17,402 nucleotides of DNA from Bdellovibrionota bacterium FG-2 (GTDB lineage: Bacteria > Bdellovibrionota > UBA1018): NCBI GenBank assembly GCA_051382305.1, contig JBBCAV010000119.1, positions 1 to 17,402 on the forward strand. The letters are read 5' to 3'. The translations under genes and the position numbers were made by a program. The notes beneath the pieces were generated by a model. That model ran no database searches, was not told the DNA's origin, and saw only the letters and a list, made by a program, of their open reading frames with translations. This document shows positions 7,877-14,215 of the stretch, one piece after another. Numbering within the stretch: the first letter of the stretch is position 1; every line of letters starts with the position of its first letter.

Positions 7877-9205
7877 ATGCGAGTTGCAGTGATTGGGACA
7901 GGATATGTGGGGCTGGTGGCTGGAACCTGTTTTGCGGATGCGGGAAATATCGTTTATTGCGTCGACAACGATCCAAAGAAGATCGAAGGGCTTAAAAAGG
8001 GCGAACTTCCGATCTATGAACCCGGCCTCGATGTGCTCGTTGAGCGTAGTGTAAAAGAAGGTCGTTTATTTTTTACCACTTCTACTCCTGAGGCCGTGAA
8101 AGAATGTGAGATTGTGTTCCTAGCGGTGGGTACTCCGCCGAATGAGGACGGCACTTCGAATCTTCAGTATTTGAAAGCGGCATCCGAAGAAGTGGGCGCA
8201 GCGATGGAACTCGCAAAGACGGGTCATCGCATTGTTGTCAACAAATCCACCGTCCCCATCGGCTCTCACAAAACCGTCGCAGGATGGATTTCCTCGAAGA
8301 CGTCGCAAGCCGTAGATGTGGTGAGCAATCCTGAGTTTCTAAAAGAAGGTGACGCTCTGGATGACTTCTTAAAGCCGGAACGGGTAGTGATTGGGACTGC
8401 AAAAAAAGAAGTTTACGAGAAAATGCTAGAGCTTTATGCCCCTTTTGTGCGCCAAGGGAATCCCGTTATTTGGATGGATCCGGTTTCCGCCGAAATCACC
8501 AAATATGCGTGCAATTCGTTTCTGGCCACGCGGATTAGTTTTATGAACGAACTTTCGCATCTTTGTGATGCCACGGGTGGAGATGTTGAGGCCATTCGCA
8601 AAGGGATGGCCACTGACTCTCGTATCGGAAAACACTTTTTGTATGCCGGTGCGGGTTACGGCGGATCCTGTTTCCCAAAAGATGTGCAAGCTTTGTTGCA
8701 TACGGGGAGAGCCCTTTCCTTAGATCTTTCGATTATTGATGCAGCCGAAGAAGCGAATGCTCGCCAGAAACAAGTGCTTGTGAAAAAGGTGAAGGCCCAT
8801 TTTGGAAACGATCTCAAAGGCAAAATCTTTGCGGTGCTCGGTGTGGCGTTTAAACCTAATACGGATGATATTCGTGAAGCCCCAGCGTTGACGATTATGG
8901 AAGAGCTGCTCAAGGCGGGCGCCAAGGTTCGGACCTTTGATCCCGTGGCCATGGAGAACGGTAAAAAGGTTCTCGAGAATCGTGTTACTTGGACGGAATC
9001 TTTTTATGATGCTGCAGAGGGCGCCGATGCGCTTTTGCTCGTCACCGAGTGGAACGAGTTTAGAAACCCTGACTTGGACAAGCTTGGCAAAAAGCTCAAA
9101 GGCCGCGTGATCTTTGACGGGCGCAATATTTATGATCCCAAAGTGATGCGAGCCCACGGGTATACGTATTTTGGAATTGGGCGCGGGAACGCGAATTTAG
9201 GGTAG
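7877..9205 (+). CDS. ugd: UDP-glucose 6-dehydrogenase (UDP-glucose/GDP-mannose dehydrogenase family)
   Basis: GTGYVG Rossmann motif, PIYEPGL, AVGTP, KSTVP, SNPEFLKEG, GYGGSCFPKD (catalytic Cys), FKPNTDDIRE and FDGRN. GAGGAGGA RBS at 7863-7870 favours ATG 7877. Confidence 0.96.
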   Translation: MRVAVIGTGYVGLVAGTCFADAGNIVYCVDNDPKKIEGLKKGELPIYEPGLDVLVERSVKEGRLFFTTSTPEAVKECEIVFLAVGTPPNEDGTSNLQYLKAASEEVGAAMELAKTGHRIVVNKSTVPIGSHKTVAGWISSKTSQAVDVVSNPEFLKEGDALDDFLKPERVVIGTAKKEVYEKMLELYAPFVRQGNPVIWMDPVSAEITKYACNSFLATRISFMNELSHLCDATGGDVEAIRKGMATDSRIGKHFLYAGAGYGGSCFPKDVQALLHTGRALSLDLSIIDAAEEANARQKQVLVKKVKAHFGNDLKGKIFAVLGVAFKPNTDDIREAPALTIMEELLKAGAKVRTFDPVAMENGKKVLENRVTWTESFYDAAEGADALLLVTEWNEFRNPDLDKLGKKLKGRVIFDGRNIYDPKVMRAHGYTYFGIGRGNANLG

Positions 9206-9442
9206 GTTTTTTCAACGACCCACCCTCGGCTGTCTATTGATCACGGTCCAATAATAGGACGAAACGTTTGAAAACCAAACCAAGCAGCTCTCTTCATGAG
9301 TGACCTTCGGTTAATGCTATACCCAAAGCCCACCTCATGCTCATCTCAAGTAGTAGTAGTGATATTCGCTAGAAGAAACAAAACCTTGGCTAAGATGACG
9401 AAAATCCAGGTTTTTGTAGGCAGAAGGAAGTTTTGTCAGGAC

Positions 9443-10534
9443 TTATGCGGCCTGTTTGACCGAGACAAATGACTCATCGGTTGCTTCCTGATTTGCTTGA
9501 ATTTGGATTGGACTCGGGCCGTCTTTGTAGAGCCAGTTCTCTATCTGCTGTTTGTAGTCGGCCAAGAATTCATTCGATGTTCTCCATCCCAGAGCTTTAC
9601 GTCTGCGCTTGTCATTCCTCCACTCACAGTGCTGTGAGAGGATCTTATTGAATGCCTCAAGACTCAGTGGTTTGATTCGATGGAAGAGCTCTTCATCGTC
9701 TTGCCGGTGGGATCTTTCGACCAAGCCTTGCAGTTCTTTTTCGCCCGGCGGGATCAGTACGTGGCGAATGCCGCTGCTCTCGCACAGTTGATCCAGAGCG
9801 TGCTTTTTAGGGTTATCCGCGTGTGAGACATACTTATTTGTGAACTCAATGCCATTGTCACTTTGAAGCCTGTATATCGTGAATGAGGCTGCTGCGATCA
9901 CAGCCATGATGAAGTCCTTCGTTTCACTCGGACCGTATGAATCATAGGCCTTTTTGAATGACCATCGTGAGGCGTGATCGACAAAATTATACACGTAACA
10001 CTTCTGTGCCTGAGGCAGGAGATGAGGCAAATGTTTTACATCCGTTTGGGTATGAGTTCCAGGTTGTTCAACGCGAACCACTCGCGTGTGCTTCTTCTTG
10101 ATCTTGCACGTTTTACGCACAAGCAGGCCCTTTTTCCTTAGGTATCGATTGATTTTGTATTGACTGATGTCAGTGTCACAGTCGTGTTTGAGATGGGCCT
10201 GAATGACCTCTGCTCCCCAATTGTAGAGCTTACGCCATTCTCGGATTCTCTTTGCTGTGTGGCCACGTATCACCGTTGCAGGGCGACCCGATGACTTATT
10301 CGGGATCAGCGCTTCGACCCCCCTTGACCGGTAGGCAGCTTCCCATCGATACAACGTGCGTCCCGTCGTACCCTGCCTCACCGCAATTCGCTCTCGATCT
10401 TGCTCCGTCGCAGGACCCCATGACTGACTGTGTTTAACGAGCTCAATCAGAGTCAAAAGTCTGACAACAACTCGCGGGTTTTCTTTTTGAAATCGCTTCA
10501 CTTCTTGACGCAAAACACTTAGCTTAAGATCCAT
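9443..10534 (-). CDS. IS481-family DDE transposase (HTH plus integrase core)
   Basis: TLYRWEAAYRSRGVEALIPNKSSGRP HTH, WGAEVI, PGTHTQTDVK, VDHASR, LQSDNGIEF, QGLVERSHR and RRRKALGWRT. CAGGAG RBS before ATG 10534 (MDLKLSV). Confidence 0.9.
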   Translation of the reverse strand: MDLKLSVLRQEVKRFQKENPRVVVRLLTLIELVKHSQSWGPATEQDRERIAVRQGTTGRTLYRWEAAYRSRGVEALIPNKSSGRPATVIRGHTAKRIREWRKLYNWGAEVIQAHLKHDCDTDISQYKINRYLRKKGLLVRKTCKIKKKHTRVVRVEQPGTHTQTDVKHLPHLLPQAQKCYVYNFVDHASRWSFKKAYDSYGPSETKDFIMAVIAAASFTIYRLQSDNGIEFTNKYVSHADNPKKHALDQLCESSGIRHVLIPPGEKELQGLVERSHRQDDEELFHRIKPLSLEAFNKILSQHCEWRNDKRRRKALGWRTSNEFLADYKQQIENWLYKDGPSPIQIQANQEATDESFVSVKQAA

Positions 10535-10605
10535 TTCAAGCTCCTGTTTTCTATGAGGGTTTAGTTGTATCAAACAAAACATCTCAGTGAATCAGGAGCT
10601 TGAAA
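10534..10605 (-). promoter_or_regulatory. Long hairpin sequestering the transposase Shine-Dalgarno and start
   Basis: Perfect 13-bp IR TTTCAAGCTCCTG (10534-10546) / CAGGAGCTTGAAA (10593-10605), with further imperfect inner pairing. On the transcript the 3' arm contains the SD and the A of the ATG. Confidence 0.75.
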
Positions 10606-10690
10606 ACCTTTATTTCAGGGTTTTTCGAGCTTTTTACCACTCTTTCTCTGACAAAACTTCCTTCTGCGAAGACTTATCTTGTAAATCCTG

Positions 10691-10719
10691 CTAAAGTCCT
10701 GCATTCCGACCGCCGATAA
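10691..10719 (+). promoter_or_regulatory. Sigma28 (FliA/SigD) promoter
   Basis: CTAAAG at 10691-10696 (TAAA 10692-10695), 16-nt spacer, GCCGATAA at 10712-10719. Matches TAAA-N15/16-GCCGATAA and lies 10 nt upstream of ATG 10730. Confidence 0.8.
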
Positions 10720-10729
10720 GCCTCTAGGT

Positions 10730-12406
10730 ATGGGAAAACTCATCTTTCACGTCGATGATTCGTCCACGGCTACGCGTATGGCGGGCAATGTCTTTAAACA
10801 GCTTGAGCCGGATTGCGAGTTCAAGGGGTTTCTCTCGGGCGCAGAGCTTACCGCTGCGCTTGAGGTGGCGCCGGAGCTGCCGTGGATTATTTTTTCGGAT
10901 GTGAATATGCCCGGCATGAATGGCTGGGATGTTTTATCTTGGATCAAACGGCATCCCAAGTTTCACGTCATCCCAGTGGTCATGCTCACGGCAGAAGTGA
11001 GTGATGAGGATCGCGTCAGAGGACTGAAAGACGGTGCTTTTGAGTATTTGGGAAAACCTGCGACGGCTGCCCTTCTGCAATCGGCTCTCAAAAAGCGCGA
11101 AGAGCTGGGGATTGAATATTCGGCCTTGTTTCCCATTGATCAGGATTATGCCGAAGAAGGTTTGGATTTGATTTCGGAGTGCCATCGCTTCGTGGATCAA
11201 CTTGATGAAGCGGGAGTTAAAGAAATCTATCGCGCGTTTCACACCGTAAAGGGAGGTGCGAACTCACTTCAGTTTCCTGCGCTGGGTGCCTTTATGCATC
11301 ATGCGGAAGGGCTCCTAACGGCGATTCGAAACGGCAACCTTTTTGCCCTGCCGCAAACCAAGGAGCTTCTCTTTGTGATTTTCTCCTACGTCGAAGAACA
11401 GTGCGAGAAGATCAAGGCGAAAGTGCTTCTCGAGATGCCGCCCCAAAAACTTTTTGATGATATTACTTTGGTGAAATCAAATGTCGCGGCCGGCTGGAAT
11501 ATGGCGGGAGCAAGTGCCGTGCCGGTGGCAGCGGGAGCGCCCGAGGGCTCTCCTGATATCGCTAAAGTGAACAAGTCTGCCGAAGGGGGCGATCTTCCTG
11601 GAGGCGTGATCAGCCGTTCTTCAAGCAGCACGCGCTTGTCCAATGAAAAGCTTAATGAGATTCAGCTCAAATTTAAAAAAATAATGACCCACAAAGTGCG
11701 ACTCAGTTCTTTTGCGAACAAGCTCAAGGGCGAATTTTTTGATGAAGAGTTTCCCAATGACCTTTTGAAAATTGTGGAGGGACTTAATAACGACGCCATG
11801 GAAGTCATGGATTTTTTTATTTCGTTGCGGGTCGTGCCAGCCTCCCGACTTAAAATATTTTCTGAGCGGGTGGTGAGTCAGACGAGTGATCAATTAGGGA
11901 AACCTGCACGACTGGAGTTTAGAAGCGATGAAGGACTTGAGATCGATCAGGCGGTCGTGGAGTGCATGGAAGCGGGGCTTTTGCATCTTCTTCGTAACTC
12001 CGTGGACCATGGCCTTGAGGTGCTGGAGAAGAGAACCGCGGCCGGGAAGGATCCGGTCGGGTTAATCAAACTCAGCATTGAACGAAGCGGTGACGAGAAT
12101 GTCCTAGCGACGATTATCGATGACGGGGGCGGAATCAACGCTGAAGGACTTAAAGCGGCGGTCGCGAAAAAGAGTTTGATTGCCAAAGAAGTGTTGGAAA
12201 AACTCAAAGAAAAAGAAATCTACGAGCTCGTGTTTATTGATGGACTGTCTACCCGCGAAGAGGTTTCGGATGTCTCCGGCCGGGGCGTGGGACTGGGGGC
12301 CGTGAAGCAGAAGATCGTGGATATGGGTGGAAAAGTCGAAGTGGATTCGACGCTGGGTAAAGGCACGGTGTTCAATATTACATTACCGAGGATCTTCAGA
12401 TTATGA
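10730..12406 (+). CDS. Atypical CheA-like histidine kinase: REC - Hpt(P1) - short linker - divergent dimerisation (P3) - HATPase (P4), no CheW-like P5
   Basis: REC with VDDS, D57 (SDVNMPG), MLTAE and GKP; Hpt YRAFHTVKGGA (H171); N-box LLHLLRNSVDHGLE, DDGGGIN, VFIDGLST, DVSGRGVGL. The protein ends at GKGTVFNITLPRIFRL*, where P5 would start. Confidence 0.9.
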   Translation: MGKLIFHVDDSSTATRMAGNVFKQLEPDCEFKGFLSGAELTAALEVAPELPWIIFSDVNMPGMNGWDVLSWIKRHPKFHVIPVVMLTAEVSDEDRVRGLKDGAFEYLGKPATAALLQSALKKREELGIEYSALFPIDQDYAEEGLDLISECHRFVDQLDEAGVKEIYRAFHTVKGGANSLQFPALGAFMHHAEGLLTAIRNGNLFALPQTKELLFVIFSYVEEQCEKIKAKVLLEMPPQKLFDDITLVKSNVAAGWNMAGASAVPVAAGAPEGSPDIAKVNKSAEGGDLPGGVISRSSSSTRLSNEKLNEIQLKFKKIMTHKVRLSSFANKLKGEFFDEEFPNDLLKIVEGLNNDAMEVMDFFISLRVVPASRLKIFSERVVSQTSDQLGKPARLEFRSDEGLEIDQAVVECMEAGLLHLLRNSVDHGLEVLEKRTAAGKDPVGLIKLSIERSGDENVLATIIDDGGGINAEGLKAAVAKKSLIAKEVLEKLKEKEIYELVFIDGLSTREEVSDVSGRGVGLGAVKQKIVDMGGKVEVDSTLGKGTVFNITLPRIFRL

Positions 12407-12416
12407 GGCAAAGACT

Positions 12417-12833
12417 ATGAGCCAAAAAAGAATCTTAGTGGTGGATGATTCGGGGAGTCTGAGGCGAATCATCAAGAACTACCTTGAACAAGGGTTTCCG
12501 GAGGCGATTTTTTATTCCGCGGAAAACGGAGACCTGGCAGAACGGCTCATTCAAGAGCAAGCCGTTTATGGCGAGCCGATTGATGTTGTCATCTTGGATT
12601 GGATGATGCCGGATGTGTCGGGATATGAGTTTCTGAAGCGCATTCGAAGTGTCGCCGCTTTTTCGAAGCTGCCCAAAGTCATCATGTTGACGGCGGAAAC
12701 GGATCCGACCCAGGTCGAGGCCTGTTTGAAGTACAACATCGAAGCGTATCTCACGAAGCCGTTTTCGCAGCAGCAAATTATTGATGCCGTAAAGCATGTT
12801 CTAGCTGGAGAGGAGATGAAAAATGCCGTTTGA
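12417..12833 (+). CDS. Single-domain response regulator (CheY-like)
   Basis: ATG 12417 after GAGG. RILVVDDS, ILDWMMP, MLTAE and YLTKPF present; 138 aa. Confidence 0.9.
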   Translation: MSQKRILVVDDSGSLRRIIKNYLEQGFPEAIFYSAENGDLAERLIQEQAVYGEPIDVVILDWMMPDVSGYEFLKRIRSVAAFSKLPKVIMLTAETDPTQVEACLKYNIEAYLTKPFSQQQIIDAVKHVLAGEEMKNAV

Positions 12834-13752
12834 AGTAACCACGCAAACTGACTATCTCGTAGTGACCCTGAAGGGCGATTGTAATGGTGACGGAGCCGAT
12901 AAACTCGCGCCGGCCGCCGACAAGCAGCTCTTGGCCGGAGCGCTGAAGTACATCGTCGTTCAGTGTAGTGAATGCGGCGATATCGATCCGACCTTCATGC
13001 GGGTGCTGGCCATGCTTTACAAAAGGGGTAAGGAGCTGAACGGCAAGCTGTGCTTGGTACACGCAAATGATCGAATTCAGGAGGCCATTAAGCGCTCCGG
13101 CTTGGATCGAATCCTGCCGTGTAAGATGAGCTTAAGAGGCGCGCTCGTGGAGTTTGGTTTGGTGAAGGCTAAAGAGTTCGATGTGAACTTCATCAATCCT
13201 TTTTTGGCAGCGACGCAAAAAGTGCTTAAAGTCCAGTGTTTCTTGGAAACCACTGCGCAAAAACCGTTTATCAAGAAGCCCACCGATCCGCCACTTTTTG
13301 GGGATATCAGCGGGATTATTGGTCTGACCGCGGAGACTTTTAATGGGACGCTGGCGATTAGTTTTCCTGGGCCGCTGTTCTTGGTGCTTGCGAGTAATAT
13401 GTTTGGTCAGCCCTACAAAGAGATCACAAATGAGATCGTCGATTTGGCGGGCGAGCTTTCGAACATGATTCTCGGACAGGCGAAGATGGTGCTCAATCCT
13501 TTGGGGTATCAGATTCAGCAGGCGATTCCTTCGTGCGTGTGGGGGAAGGATCACAAAATCAAGCACTTTGGCGGCGGCGCGTGCGTCGTGATGCCATTTG
13601 AAACGAAGGCCGGAGTTTTTCACGTCGAAGTGATCAGTAACTCTGGAGTGCAAGAAAAGAAGCCAATGGCTGTGCCACCGGCTTCGGGCGGACCGGCTGC
13701 TCCGGCAGCACCCGCTGCGCCTGCGACTCCTTCTTCGGGAAAGGCTGCGTAG
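12823..13752 (+). CDS. cheX: STAS domain - CheX phosphatase fusion with a Pro/Ala-rich tail
   Basis: aa 1-113 are STAS-like (VVTLKGD...IDPTFMRVLAMLYK...GKLCL...IKRSGLDRIL). aa ~119-272 are CheX (FDVNFINPF, DISGIIGLT, GTLAISF, GELSNMILG with E-x-x-N, AIPS, PFET). GGAG RBS; overlaps the upstream gene by 11 nt. Confidence 0.85.
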   Translation: MPFEVTTQTDYLVVTLKGDCNGDGADKLAPAADKQLLAGALKYIVVQCSECGDIDPTFMRVLAMLYKRGKELNGKLCLVHANDRIQEAIKRSGLDRILPCKMSLRGALVEFGLVKAKEFDVNFINPFLAATQKVLKVQCFLETTAQKPFIKKPTDPPLFGDISGIIGLTAETFNGTLAISFPGPLFLVLASNMFGQPYKEITNEIVDLAGELSNMILGQAKMVLNPLGYQIQQAIPSCVWGKDHKIKHFGGGACVVMPFETKAGVFHVEVISNSGVQEKKPMAVPPASGGPAAPAAPAAPATPSSGKAA

Positions 13753-13754
13753 TT

Positions 13755-14156
13755 ATGTTGGAAACATCCTCGCGGATTTTGGTGGTTGACGATTCGTTAT
13801 CTCTGCGAAAAATCATGGCAGTCATGATTCGCGGGGGCGGATATCAAGATGTGATTGAAGCGGCAAACGGCGAAAAAGCTTGGGAGGTGCTCACGCAATC
13901 CGAAAAGCCGGTGAGTCTCATCGTTTGTGATTGGATGATGCCAGTATGCACGGGCTTGGATTTTTTGAAAAAGCTTCGTGCGGACCCGCGGTTTCAGAGT
14001 GTGCCGTTTTTCATGCTGACCGCCGAGGCGGACGATGAGCGAAAGGTTGAAGCGTTGGCGGCCGGTGCGACGGATTATCTCATGAAGCCATTTACGGCTC
14101 AGGTGTTGCGTGAAAAAGTGGCAGGGCTTTCCGCGCAGAGCGCGCAGGCGGCTTAG
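13755..14156 (+). CDS. cheY: CheY-like single-domain response regulator, close to canonical motor-binding CheY
   Basis: RILVVDDS, DVIEAANG, VCDWMMP, GLDFLKKLRAD, MLTAEA and AGATDYLMKPFTAQVLREK parallel enteric CheY. Starts 2 nt after the STAS-CheX stop. Confidence 0.85.
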   Translation: MLETSSRILVVDDSLSLRKIMAVMIRGGGYQDVIEAANGEKAWEVLTQSEKPVSLIVCDWMMPVCTGLDFLKKLRADPRFQSVPFFMLTAEADDERKVEALAAGATDYLMKPFTAQVLREKVAGLSAQSAQAA

Positions 14157-14178
14157 GCGAGAGGGCTGTTTTTAGGGG

Positions 14179-14215
14179 TTGACTTCACCCCGGATTTAAC
14201 CGCATAATCCGGGGT
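14179..14215 (+). promoter_or_regulatory. Sigma70 promoter with a perfect 10-bp inverted repeat; leaderless start
   Basis: TTGACT (14179-14184)-N18-CATAAT (14203-14208), with ATG 7 nt downstream and no SD. ACCCCGGATT (14187-14196) / AATCCGGGGT (14206-14215). Confidence 0.7.

Larger units (their letters stand above)
9415..10672 (-). mobile_element. IS481-family (or closely related) insertion sequence, about 1.25 kb
   Basis: Perfect 20-bp IR GCAGAAGGAAGTTTTGTCAG (9420-9439) / CTGACAAAACTTCCTTCTGC (10648-10667) around a single DDE transposase. The end at 9415 begins TGT; exact outer boundaries are uncertain. Confidence 0.85.

Noticed and set aside
9349-9360. (AGT)4 microsatellite
   Set aside because: Too short and not within a supported gene or promoter.
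10535-10582. N-terminal extension of the transposase in the ORF track
   Set aside because: It lies within the leader hairpin; CAGGAG at suitable spacing supports ATG 10534.
12327-12416. Longer start for the first CheY-like gene; also considered as a frameshifted CheA P5 remnant
   Set aside because: It overlaps the kinase 3' end and has no CheW-like sequence. ATG 12417 has an RBS and begins the REC fold.
13690-13730. Repetitive GC-rich stretch
   Set aside because: It simply encodes the PAAPAAPAAP linker with varied codons; not a DNA-level repeat.
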